Positions 33,006 to 41,760 of a stretch of 64,000 bases of DNA are shown here, piece by piece. The position numbers and the translations under genes are program-made. Numbering within the stretch: the stretch's first letter is position 1; each line of letters begins with the position of its first letter. The stretch is from the NCBI GenBank assembly GCA_902622845.1, contig CACNRI010000002.1, forward strand, positions 85,035-149,034, read 5' to 3'. This DNA is from an uncultured SAR86 cluster bacterium. Lineage in GTDB: Bacteria; Pseudomonadota; Gammaproteobacteria; Magnimaribacterales; D2472. The notes under the pieces were generated by a model. The model worked only from the letters and a program-made list of their open reading frames with translations, searched no databases and was not told the DNA's origin.

Positions 33006-33095
33006 GGAGAGTTGGCTGAGTGGTCGAAAGCGCCTCCCTGCTAAGGAGGTATACGGGTAACTGTATCGAGGGTTCGAATCCCTCACTCTCCGCCA
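33006..33095 (+). tRNA. tRNA-Ser(GCT)
   Basis: GGAGAGTTGGCTGAGTGGTCGAAAGCGCCTCCCTGCTAAGGAGGTATACGGGTAACTGTATCGAGGGTTCGAATCCCTCACTCTCCGCCA; long variable arm, GCT anticodon, encoded CCA. Confidence 0.97.
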
Positions 33096-33109
33096 TTTTG
33101 GAGAAAAAT

Positions 33110-33475
33110 ATGAATGATAATGAAATGATAAAGGATTGTATTCAGTTATATTTTGATGGATGTTATGAGTCTGATCCTGAAAAAATTAAAGCTTCTTTTA
33201 ATCCAAATGCTTCCATAACAGGGTATCTCCCAGATGGTTTTCATGAAATGAGTGTTGATGATTTTGCTGGTTTTGTAGCGTCGCAACAGCCATCACCGAT
33301 GGAAAATAATGATGAAAAGATGCTAGAAATAATCTCATGTGAAGTTTATGGAAATACTGCAGCTGTTAAAGTTAGAGAAGCATACCTAGGAATGATTTTT
33401 ATAGATTGTTTATCCTTTTTAAAGAAAGATGATGAATGGAAAATTTATACAAAGCTTTTTCATGTAGAATCTTAA
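33110..33475 (+). CDS. NTF2-like 'putative lumazine-binding' family protein
   Basis: YFDG..ESD...KASF.P.A, GNTAAVKV, FIDCLSFLK.DDEWKIYTKLF pattern; ATG at 33110 follows GGAG (the longer ORF from 33020 runs through the tRNA). Confidence 0.8.
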   Translation: MNDNEMIKDCIQLYFDGCYESDPEKIKASFNPNASITGYLPDGFHEMSVDDFAGFVASQQPSPMENNDEKMLEIISCEVYGNTAAVKVREAYLGMIFIDCLSFLKKDDEWKIYTKLFHVES

Positions 33476-33556
33476 ATAATATCTTTTTATAAAAAAGTCA
33501 CTATTTGATTATTTTTTTTGTAATATAAATACTTATTAATTTTTTTCGGAGATTTT

Positions 33557-34321
33557 ATGAATATAATTCAAAAAAGTTTGTTGTCCATTTTTTCAATAAT
33601 TTTTATTGTTAGTTGCTCTAACTCAATGGATGATGCTGATGCTCAACAAACTGTTTACTTTAATCAATTCATTCCTTGTGTTGCTGGTCCTGATTATTCA
33701 GAAGAAACAATGAAGAATTTTGTTGCTGAATGGAATGAATTAGTAGCAGTATATGATGAAATGGTTTGGGCTGGAGGTTATGCTCCAGCAAGTGGTCAAC
33801 AGAACGGCTGGTGGGAACTTCAATGGACTTCAAAGGATGCTGCAGATGCTGCATGGGAGTCTTGGCTCTCTAATGCAGAAGCTCAAGAATGGGATCAGTC
33901 ATCAAGAAATGTATTGGATTGTGATAATACTAAAGTTGGTGATTTTGTTTTTCATAGCTCAGGAATTACTTCCCCAGACTTTGATTGGACATCATTTACT
34001 ACTGAATCTTTTGCATGTAGATTTACTGATGGAACGACAGAAGAGGATTTAATGGCAGATATGGCTCTATTTAACCAGTGGGTTGCTGACAATGGAACTG
34101 GAGATCCTTTTACCTATGGCGTTTATATTCCAAAAGATTCTAGTGATCCTTATGATTTTTATTGGCTTAACTGGCATCAAAATATCAAGGCTTTAGAGGC
34201 TGGGAATATGAATTGGATTGAAAGCGGTGCTGATATGCAGGCAGCATTTGACAAACATTCTTCATGTGATGATTCACAGTTGTGGAATAGTGCTGAATTT
34301 AAAAATGAGCTAAACAGTTAA
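33557..34321 (+). CDS. hypothetical lipoprotein with two internal repeats
   Basis: Lipobox IVSC; two ~110-aa halves, each C...W-rich...CD; GGAG RBS; own terminator. Confidence 0.8.
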   Translation: MNIIQKSLLSIFSIIFIVSCSNSMDDADAQQTVYFNQFIPCVAGPDYSEETMKNFVAEWNELVAVYDEMVWAGGYAPASGQQNGWWELQWTSKDAADAAWESWLSNAEAQEWDQSSRNVLDCDNTKVGDFVFHSSGITSPDFDWTSFTTESFACRFTDGTTEEDLMADMALFNQWVADNGTGDPFTYGVYIPKDSSDPYDFYWLNWHQNIKALEAGNMNWIESGADMQAAFDKHSSCDDSQLWNSAEFKNELNS

Positions 34322-34337
34322 ATCTTAACTTTTTATT

Positions 34338-34363
34338 AAAGGCCGCTCTTGCGGCCTTTTTTT
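34338..34363 (+). terminator. intrinsic terminator
   Basis: AAAGGCCGC-TCTT-GCGGCC followed by T7. Confidence 0.9.
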
Positions 34364-34399
34364 ATTGAATTAAAAAATTAAATCATTAAGTAAAGTTAA

Positions 34400-35887
34400 A
34401 TGATAGATAAATCCTTAAGATTGATTCTTGGAAATCAACTTTTCCCCTTAGAGATCCAAAAAATAGAGGATACAGAAACTATTTTTATGTGTGAGGACTC
34501 AGGTCTTTGCACCTATGAAAAACATCATAAGTCTAAAATTGCATTATTTTTTAATGCAATGAGGTCGTTTAGAGACTCTTTGGAGAAATCAAAAATAAAA
34601 AATATTTATTATGATTTTAACAATAGATTTAATGATCCTTTTATTGAGAAATTAGCTGACGAGATCAAGAGAAATAACTTTACCAAAATTAAGTTTTTTG
34701 AAATAGAAGACAAGCCTTTTGAAAAAGAAATACTTGGACTAGTCAACGAATTAGAAATTAAATATGAAATTTTGAAAACTCCCATGTTCATTGATACAAG
34801 GCAATCATTTAAAGAATATATAGGGGATAAAACTTTTATATTACAAGCAAACTATTACAAGAAAGTTAGAAAAGAGATGGATCTTCTTTTAGAAGCTGGA
34901 AAGCCTTTGGGTGGTAAATGGAGCTTTGATGATGAAAATAGAAAAAAGCTTCCTAAAGGTTACATAATTCCAGAACTTCCAACTATCAAAAAACGAGATG
35001 ATTCTGAAGAAATTTCTAATTTTATAAATACTGAATTTAAAGATCATCCAGGGATAATAAATAATATTTTCCCTTTTACTTCTGAACAAGCTTTAGATTG
35101 GCTTAATGTTTTTTTTGATGAGCGTTTTAAAGATTTTGGGCCATACGAAGATGCTATTTTTATGGGCGAACATTTTCAACTTCATTCTGCGTTAAGTAGT
35201 TCAATGAACCTTGGGATTATTACTCCACAGCAAGTAGTAACTGAGGCAAGAAATTATGCTGAGGAAAATGATATACCTCTGAACAGCTTAGAAGGATTTA
35301 TAAGACAAATCATTGGTTGGAGAGAATTTATAAGAGGCATTTATCAAAACTTCTCTGAAAAAATGATTGATTCTAATTATTGGAATCATCAAAGAAAACT
35401 ATCCGATGCATGGTATACAGCAGAAACAGGTATAGAACCTCTAGATGATGCCATAAAAGGCGCAAAAGAGTTTGGGTATACTCATCACATAAATAGACTT
35501 ATGGTTTTAGCTAGCATAATGAATATGTCAAGAATCCATCCATCAGAGATTTATAAATGGTTTATGGAAATGTTTGTTGATTCTTCTGAGTGGGTAATGG
35601 TTCCAAATGTTTTTGGTATGGGAACATTCGCTGATGGAGGAATATTTGCTACCAAGCCATATATTTGTGGATCAAGTTATATATTAAGGATGTCAAATTT
35701 TAAAAAGGGAGATTGGTGTGAAATTGTCGATGGCCTTTATTGGAAATTTATTGAAGACAATAAAGAATTCTTTGCTTCAAATCCACGTCTTTCGCTAATG
35801 ATAAGAGCTCTTGATAAACTTGATAAGGATAGGAAATTAAGAATTTTTAGGGCCGCTGATATTTTTATTGAGGAAAAAACTCTTTGA
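34400..35887 (+). CDS. bacterial (6-4) photolyase / cryptochrome, PhrB/CryB (FeS-BCP) class, apparently FeS-less
   Basis: LILGNQL, HKSKIALFFNAMRSF, GGKWSFDDENRK, FGPYEDA, EGFIRQIIGWREF, HHINRLM, ADGG..ATKPY. Confidence 0.92.
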   Translation: MIDKSLRLILGNQLFPLEIQKIEDTETIFMCEDSGLCTYEKHHKSKIALFFNAMRSFRDSLEKSKIKNIYYDFNNRFNDPFIEKLADEIKRNNFTKIKFFEIEDKPFEKEILGLVNELEIKYEILKTPMFIDTRQSFKEYIGDKTFILQANYYKKVRKEMDLLLEAGKPLGGKWSFDDENRKKLPKGYIIPELPTIKKRDDSEEISNFINTEFKDHPGIINNIFPFTSEQALDWLNVFFDERFKDFGPYEDAIFMGEHFQLHSALSSSMNLGIITPQQVVTEARNYAEENDIPLNSLEGFIRQIIGWREFIRGIYQNFSEKMIDSNYWNHQRKLSDAWYTAETGIEPLDDAIKGAKEFGYTHHINRLMVLASIMNMSRIHPSEIYKWFMEMFVDSSEWVMVPNVFGMGTFADGGIFATKPYICGSSYILRMSNFKKGDWCEIVDGLYWKFIEDNKEFFASNPRLSLMIRALDKLDKDRKLRIFRAADIFIEEKTL

Positions 35888-36027
35888 AAAGAATAAAAAA
35901 ATCCAATCTTCCTCAAAAAATTTGTGTAACATGTAATAGGCCTTTTACATGGAGAAAAAAATGGGAAAGATCTTGGGATGAGGTCAGATTCTGTAGTAAA
36001 AGATGCAAAACCAATGCTAAGGAGTAA
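35884..36027 (+). CDS. DUF2256 family small Cys-rich protein (47 aa; not in the ORF track)
   Basis: TTG start overlapping the photolyase stop; translates as MKRIKKSNLPQKICVTCNRPFTWRKKWERSWDEVRFCSKRCKTNAKE, the typical LPxKxCxxCxRPFxWRKKWxxxWxxVxxCSxRC signature. Confidence 0.9.
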   Translation: MKRIKKSNLPQKICVTCNRPFTWRKKWERSWDEVRFCSKRCKTNAKE

Positions 36028-36030
36028 AAA

Positions 36031-36705
36031 ATGACAGATTACGCAACTCTTGAAAAAATCGATGATGTATCAGTATTAAGCTTAGATGATGGAAAGGTAA
36101 ATGTCTTTTCTATAGAAATGCTTGAAGCGATTAATAATTGCTTAAATGATGTTCCTAAAGATAGTGGCTCTCTAGTGATAAAGGGTAAAGATGGAATTTT
36201 TTCTGCCGGCTTTGATTTAAAAACCTTTGCATCAGGAGATATGGAAAAAATATCAAAAATGAGTGATCTCGGAATGAGGTTTATGTATGACATTTTTACT
36301 TTTCCAAGGCCGGTTATTGCTGCTTTATCTGGGCATACTATAGCAATGGGTCTTTTTGTAGCATGTGGATGTGATTATAGAATAGGCCTGAAAGGAGATT
36401 TTGTAACTCAAGCTAACGAGGTTAGAAATAATATGGATATTCCAACTAGTATTATGCAGATTGCTGCAAGTAGAATTTCTAAAAAACATGCATATTCTGT
36501 TCTGCTTCATGCTGATCCATACCCATTTGCTAAAGCGGTTGATGCAGGAATAATAGATGAGCTAGTTGAAGAGTCTGATTTTGAAGCTAGAGTTATGGAA
36601 AAGGCTATCGATCTTGCTACCTTGGGCCATCCCCATTACGAAAAAACAAAAAATGCATATATTGCTGATGATGTAAAAATTATTAAACCTTTGATAGTTA
36701 AATAA
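36031..36705 (+). CDS. crotonase / enoyl-CoA hydratase-isomerase family
   Basis: DDGKVN, FSAGFDL, PRPVIAALSGHTIAMG. Confidence 0.9.
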   Translation: MTDYATLEKIDDVSVLSLDDGKVNVFSIEMLEAINNCLNDVPKDSGSLVIKGKDGIFSAGFDLKTFASGDMEKISKMSDLGMRFMYDIFTFPRPVIAALSGHTIAMGLFVACGCDYRIGLKGDFVTQANEVRNNMDIPTSIMQIAASRISKKHAYSVLLHADPYPFAKAVDAGIIDELVEESDFEARVMEKAIDLATLGHPHYEKTKNAYIADDVKIIKPLIVK

Positions 36706-36708
36706 AGA

Positions 36709-36999
36709 ATGCCAAAAGGTTATTGGGTAGCTAAAGCAAACATTCTCGATGATGAGAAGCTCTCAAGGTATGGTAAACAAGCTGAAATAGCAATAGAGAA
36801 ATTTGGTGGTAAATTTCTTGTTAGGGGTGGTCAACATGAAACCAAAGAGGGAATCGATTTCTCCAGAAATGTAGTTGTTGAATTTGATTCCTATGAGACT
36901 GCACTGGCTGCTTACAGCAGTTCAGAATATAAAGAGGCATTAACTTTGCTTAAGGGCGGAGCCGAAAGAATGTATGCAGTAGTTGAAGGCTATGAATAA
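36709..36999 (+). CDS. DUF1330 family protein
   Basis: GGKFLVRGG, VVVEFDS..A...Y.S.EY pattern. Confidence 0.9.
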   Translation: MPKGYWVAKANILDDEKLSRYGKQAEIAIEKFGGKFLVRGGQHETKEGIDFSRNVVVEFDSYETALAAYSSSEYKEALTLLKGGAERMYAVVEGYE

Positions 37000-37029
37000 G
37001 ATGCTGTCAATAATTTAGGACTAACTTAA

Positions 37030-38373
37030 ATGGACAAATCTCCAAACTTCTATGCTGAGCAATTTGCTTCAGCTGCTTGGGGCCCATGGCTAATATTTCT
37101 ATTAATTGGATCTGGGATATTTTTTTTAATTTATTCAAGATTTAAGATTTTTAAATATCTTCTGCATGCTTTTAGGATCCTTTTTTCCAAGGAAAAGAGG
37201 GATGATGAGGGCGAAGTAAGTCCCTTCCAAGCACTTACCACATCATTGTCGGGGACAATTGGGTTGGGTAATATTGCTGGTGTTGCCCTTGCAATTTCAG
37301 TAGCAGGACCTGGCTCAATTTTTTGGATGTGGGTGACAGCAATCATAGGTATAGCAACAAAATTTTTTACTTGTACTTTGTCGGTGATGTATCGAGAAAA
37401 GACCAAAGAAGGAGAAATCTTTGGCGGCCCCATGTATGTAATAAAGAATGGTCTTCCAAAAAGAATGTTACCCCTTGCATATTTTTTTGCTTTGGCAGGA
37501 ATGATAGGCTGCTTGCCAGCTTTTCAAAGCAATCAACTCATTCAAATCACCGGGGACCTTGCTTTTTCAGAAATTGAAAATTTTAATGTTTTTGGAGGTT
37601 TAGTCCTCGCAGGTATTACTGGAATAGTGGTAATTGGTGGTTTAAAAAGAATAGCTGAAGTTGCAACATTTCTTGTACCTCTAATGGGATCAATTTATTT
37701 TGGAGCAATGCTTGTAGCGCTCATACTAAATTTAAACCTAGTTTTACCTGCCTTTAAATTAATTTTTATCGATGCATTTAATGGAACTGCTATTGCAGGT
37801 GGTACCTTTTTTGGAGTGTTAATTTATGGCGTTAGAAGAGGAGCTTTTTCAAATGAAGCAGGTATGGGAACTGAATCTTTGGTTCATGGAGTTGCTAAAG
37901 TTTCAAATCCAGTTAAACAAGGTTTAGTAGCCATGACAGGACCAATTTTTGATACATTAATTATATGCACAGCCACTGCTTTAATGATTCTAGTATCAGG
38001 AGTTTGGGAAACATCATCGTCCCAAGGCGTTACATTAACAGCAGAAGCATTTAGTATTTTGTTAGGTAACTTTGGTGGCTTAATTCTTTTCGTATGCGTC
38101 ATTTGCTTTGGCTTGAGCACAATCTTTACTTACTCTTATTACGGAGCATCGTGCTCAAGATTCCTATTTGGAAGATTTGGCATGAAATTCTATATTTATC
38201 TATACATTTTAAGTATTTTCATTTATTCGATAGTACCAATTGATATTGCTATAAATATAGCTGATGGTGCATTTGCTATGATGGCTATTCCAACTCTGAT
38301 TTCTGCATTATGGTTGGCACCAAAAGTAATGCAGGCTTCAAAAATTTACTTTAAACTTATAGATAACAATTAA
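37030..38373 (+). CDS. alanine/glycine:cation symporter (AgcS/AlsT family)
   Basis: GTIGLGNIAGVA, GPGSIFWMW, GGPMY, FSNEAGMG, DTLIIC. Confidence 0.95.
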   Translation: MDKSPNFYAEQFASAAWGPWLIFLLIGSGIFFLIYSRFKIFKYLLHAFRILFSKEKRDDEGEVSPFQALTTSLSGTIGLGNIAGVALAISVAGPGSIFWMWVTAIIGIATKFFTCTLSVMYREKTKEGEIFGGPMYVIKNGLPKRMLPLAYFFALAGMIGCLPAFQSNQLIQITGDLAFSEIENFNVFGGLVLAGITGIVVIGGLKRIAEVATFLVPLMGSIYFGAMLVALILNLNLVLPAFKLIFIDAFNGTAIAGGTFFGVLIYGVRRGAFSNEAGMGTESLVHGVAKVSNPVKQGLVAMTGPIFDTLIICTATALMILVSGVWETSSSQGVTLTAEAFSILLGNFGGLILFVCVICFGLSTIFTYSYYGASCSRFLFGRFGMKFYIYLYILSIFIYSIVPIDIAINIADGAFAMMAIPTLISALWLAPKVMQASKIYFKLIDNN

Positions 38374-38377
38374 AAAA

Positions 38378-39082
38378 ATGAAATTTTTAAGTTCTCTGTT
38401 TCTATTCTTTTTAGCTATACCAATTTTTTCAGAAGAAAAAGGTCGACTCGATAGAGAGATATTTGATTTTAGATATACCTATCTAGGAATAAGCTATATT
38501 GGAGCAAGCAATGCAGATAGTGGCTTAGCAATAAATACCTCATTTAACCTGCCTGGACCTTTATATCTTAAGTTTGAAAGAAGAGGCGACGGAATAGACT
38601 TTGAGAAAGAAACAGTCGACAAAACTACTGATTCTTTTAGAATTGGAGCTCATGCTGGAATAGGGGACATATTAAGTAATATTTCAGCACGCGGAGTCAA
38701 CTTAGAAATTAAAAATTTATTTGAGCTCTATGGAGAGTTTGGGGTAAAAAGTTGGTCAGTAGAAAACGATAACTTCAATTTTGATGAAAATGCATATGAG
38801 GCAAATTTTGTGTCAGGCATTCATTTTGGTGACAGTAATGATTGGGAAGGAAAGATTTTCCTTGATGTCGCATCAGAAGCAGAACCAATTATCAATGATG
38901 ACATTGTATGTTTGGAACTAGATTGTCCAACAATTTATGAGATTTCGGATGATCAAAACAGAAGATTTGGTTTTGAAGCAATCTACAACAGAGGCAAGTA
39001 TACAGCCTTTACTATCGGTGCGAGCACAAACTCTCTATATGATTCAACAACTTTTGAGATAGGTTTTCGTATAAATCTATAA
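38378..39082 (+). CDS. secreted, probable outer-membrane beta-barrel hypothetical protein
   Basis: Signal peptide; alternating aromatic/hydrophobic strands; C-terminal FEIGFRINL strand. Confidence 0.55.
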   Translation: MKFLSSLFLFFLAIPIFSEEKGRLDREIFDFRYTYLGISYIGASNADSGLAINTSFNLPGPLYLKFERRGDGIDFEKETVDKTTDSFRIGAHAGIGDILSNISARGVNLEIKNLFELYGEFGVKSWSVENDNFNFDENAYEANFVSGIHFGDSNDWEGKIFLDVASEAEPIINDDIVCLELDCPTIYEISDDQNRRFGFEAIYNRGKYTAFTIGASTNSLYDSTTFEIGFRINL

Positions 39083-39724
39083 ATTATTATCAGAAACAAA
39101 AGGATTAGTTGATCGCTCAACTTTAAAATTTGAGGGTGGTCCATGACCAGGAACAAAAGCTATATCTTCACCAAGGGGCCATAGTTTTGTCTTAATTGAT
39201 TCAATCAATTGCGCATAGTTACCTCCAGGTAAATCTGTTCTTCCAATTGATCCGGCAAAAAGAACATCACCCACAATAGCTAACTTCGAGGGCTCATGAA
39301 AAAAAATAATATGTCCTGGAGTATGACCTGGAGTAAGAAATACTTTTAATATTGCATTACCAACTGATACGGTTTCTCCATCATTTAACCATAGATCTGG
39401 TGAGCAATTTTGAGCAGATAATCCAAGCATAGAACCTTGAGCTTCTAATTCATCCAAGAGAAACTTATCATCAATGTGAGGACCAATTATCTCCAAGTTG
39501 AGTGTATTAGCTAGCTCAGTAGCACCAGCAGCATGGTCTATATGCCCATGAGTAAGTAATATTTTCTCTGGAATTAGGTCATTATTTGCAGCACTAGCTA
39601 GCAGTACATCTAAATCTCCCCCTGGATCAACAAAAGCACATTTTTTAGTTTCCTCACAAAATACAATGGGTGCATTTTGTTGAAATGGAGTAACAGGATT
39701 TATTAATGCTTTTATATTAGACAT
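39077..39724 (-). CDS. MBL-fold metallo-hydrolase (YcbL/GloC-like glyoxalase II)
   Basis: PVTPFQQN, THGHIDH, PGHTPGH, GDVLF, GRTDLPGG, PGHG; likely start MSNIK at 39724. Confidence 0.92.
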   Translation of the reverse strand: MSNIKALINPVTPFQQNAPIVFCEETKKCAFVDPGGDLDVLLASAANNDLIPEKILLTHGHIDHAAGATELANTLNLEIIGPHIDDKFLLDELEAQGSMLGLSAQNCSPDLWLNDGETVSVGNAILKVFLTPGHTPGHIIFFHEPSKLAIVGDVLFAGSIGRTDLPGGNYAQLIESIKTKLWPLGEDIAFVPGHGPPSNFKVERSTNPFVSDNNL

Positions 39725-39770
39725 TGCTACAATAGTTTCTGTTAATAATAACAGTTTTAAGCGAAGAAAA

Positions 39771-40475
39771 ATGGCAATAAAAAGCTCAACTAAAAATAAA
39801 ACAATGGTGGTGACGATCTCATCTCCACCAGTAAATGCATTTTCATCTGATGACTTAATAGAAATGAATGATCTCATCGAAAAAGCTTCTTTTGATAACC
39901 AAATCTCTGTGATAATTATTGAAAATGAAGGTAAAGGTTTTTCAGCAGGAGCAGACAGAAAGGAGCATGGCCTTGATAAAGAAAAGCTTGAAATAATTAA
40001 TGATTATCTCTGGAAGCTTTCAAATGCAATCTATAATTCAGACGTTCCCATAATTTGCTGCTGTGATGGATTTGTTATAGGTGCTGGTTTTTTTATTCCA
40101 TCTTCTTCAGATATAGTTTTAGCAACAAAAGATAGTTATTTTCAGATGCCAGGAATAAATTTTGATGTGCTGGTTGGAAGTGCACACTTAGGAAGAATAA
40201 TCCCAAAACAAAGAGTAAGGGAAATGGTTTTCACTGGTGAAAGAGTTGGAGTTGAGGAGATTCTTTCATATGGCGGCATAAGCTCAACACATGAAGATAA
40301 AGAAAGCATGATGAAGAGGGCGCATGAAATAGCTTCAAAAATAGTCTCAATGGAGAGAGATTCAATTAAAGTTCTTAAAAAGATTCTCAATTCCAACGAA
40401 CCAGTAGATGTAAATAGAGCTTTTAAAAAAGAACAACAGCTTACATTTCAAAATAAAAAAAACTTATCAGATTAA
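39771..40475 (+). CDS. enoyl-CoA hydratase/isomerase family
   Basis: PPVNA, FSAGAD, VPIICCCDGFVIGAG. Confidence 0.88.
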   Translation: MAIKSSTKNKTMVVTISSPPVNAFSSDDLIEMNDLIEKASFDNQISVIIIENEGKGFSAGADRKEHGLDKEKLEIINDYLWKLSNAIYNSDVPIICCCDGFVIGAGFFIPSSSDIVLATKDSYFQMPGINFDVLVGSAHLGRIIPKQRVREMVFTGERVGVEEILSYGGISSTHEDKESMMKRAHEIASKIVSMERDSIKVLKKILNSNEPVDVNRAFKKEQQLTFQNKKNLSD

Positions 40476-40546
40476 GGATTTCCCTTTATTTTGGTGCTAA
40501 ATATCATTAATATAATCCCCTCATTGGAGATCAAAGGAGATCAAAT

Positions 40547-41131
40547 ATGACAGATAACAAAAAACCAACTCGAGAAGAAGCGGAAGCTGCAGTAAGAACT
40601 ATGCTTGCTTGGACAGGCGACAACCCTGATAGAGAGGGTTTGGTAGAGACTCCTAAGAGAGTCGTTAGGGCTTATGAGCAATTCTTTGCAGGGTATGAAA
40701 TGGATCCAAAAGAAGTTCTTTCAAAAGTGTTCGAAGAAGTTGAAGGTTACGATGAAATGGTAATAGTGAAGGATATTCGAGTTGAATCTCATTGTGAACA
40801 TCACATTGTTCCTATCCTTGGAAAGGCACATGTTGGTTATTTGCCAAACAAAAGAATCGTTGGCATAAGTAAACTTGCCAGAGTTGTTGATATTTTTGGT
40901 AAGAGACTTCAAACCCAAGAAGTAATGACTGCTCAAATAGCAAACGTAATCAATGAAGTGCTTGAACCAAAAGGTGTTGCAGTTGTAATGAATGCAAAAC
41001 ATCAATGTATGACAACAAGAGGAGTTCATAAACCAGAAAGTTCAACAATAACATCTACTATGCTTGGAGCCTTCAGAGAGAACCCAGACACACGTGCTGA
41101 ATTTATGAACTTAATAACAACTAGTTCATAG
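40547..41131 (+). CDS. folE: GTP cyclohydrolase I
   Basis: [38 protein letters not shown]. Confidence 0.97.
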   Translation: MTDNKKPTREEAEAAVRTMLAWTGDNPDREGLVETPKRVVRAYEQFFAGYEMDPKEVLSKVFEEVEGYDEMVIVKDIRVESHCEHHIVPILGKAHVGYLPNKRIVGISKLARVVDIFGKRLQTQEVMTAQIANVINEVLEPKGVAVVMNAKHQCMTTRGVHKPESSTITSTMLGAFRENPDTRAEFMNLITTSS

Positions 41132-41140
41132 TAGCTGACT

Positions 41141-41752
41141 TTGGTGCTGCCTAAAGTTTCCAAAACTAAAAAAAAATTAATTCTTGCCAGCGGCTCAAGA
41201 ATTCGCAGACAATTACTTGAAGGAGTTGGTCTTGAGTTCCAAGTTATAAATTCCAATGTAGATGAAGATTTAATTAAAGAGGAACTTCATGGGAGATCAT
41301 TTAGAGAGCAGGTGTCAAGATTAGCCTCTGAAAAAGCGCGCACAGTAAGTATGGATAATTTAGAAGCATTCGTTATTGGATCAGATAATATGTGCACGAT
41401 CGATGATGAGATTTTTGATAAACCTATTGATCATGAGGATGCTGTGAATCATCTTTCATCCTTATCTGGAAAAAAACATTTCCAAAATAATGGTATTTCT
41501 ATATTTCATGAAGGAAAAGAGATTTGGTCAAATTATGATGTAACTGAGTTGGAAATGAAGAAACTATCACCACAAGAAATTGAGGATTATTTGAATTTAG
41601 ATAAACCTTACAGTGCATGTGGTTGTTACCATTTTGAGTCTAACGGAAAAGATCTTTTTACTAGCATTAATGGCCTTGAAAGCACAGTCATGGGATTAGC
41701 AATGGAGCACCTCATTGAAAAGTTAAATCAACTAGGTGTCATTGAGTTATAG
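41141..41752 (+). CDS. maf: Maf family nucleotide pyrophosphatase
   Basis: LILASGSRIRRQLL, DE, KA, IGSD, KP, LSGK, MGL. Confidence 0.9.
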   Translation: MVLPKVSKTKKKLILASGSRIRRQLLEGVGLEFQVINSNVDEDLIKEELHGRSFREQVSRLASEKARTVSMDNLEAFVIGSDNMCTIDDEIFDKPIDHEDAVNHLSSLSGKKHFQNNGISIFHEGKEIWSNYDVTELEMKKLSPQEIEDYLNLDKPYSACGCYHFESNGKDLFTSINGLESTVMGLAMEHLIEKLNQLGVIEL

Positions 41753-41760
41753 TAATAGTC

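Noticed and set aside
32884-33109. ORF 32884-33096 (-) and the N-terminal extension of ORF 33020-33475
   Set aside because: Both are read-throughs of the tRNA-Ser sequence (MAESEGFEPS is the typical antisense-tRNA translation); the real CDS starts at 33110
39725-39877. N-terminal 51-aa extension of the MBL hydrolase ORF
   Set aside because: Overlaps the divergent enoyl-CoA hydratase gene; family similarity begins at MSNIK (39724)
33096-40475. Integrative element or prophage at tRNA-Ser
   Set aside because: No integrase, no duplicated tRNA 3' end seen, no phage genes, and no obvious compositional shift
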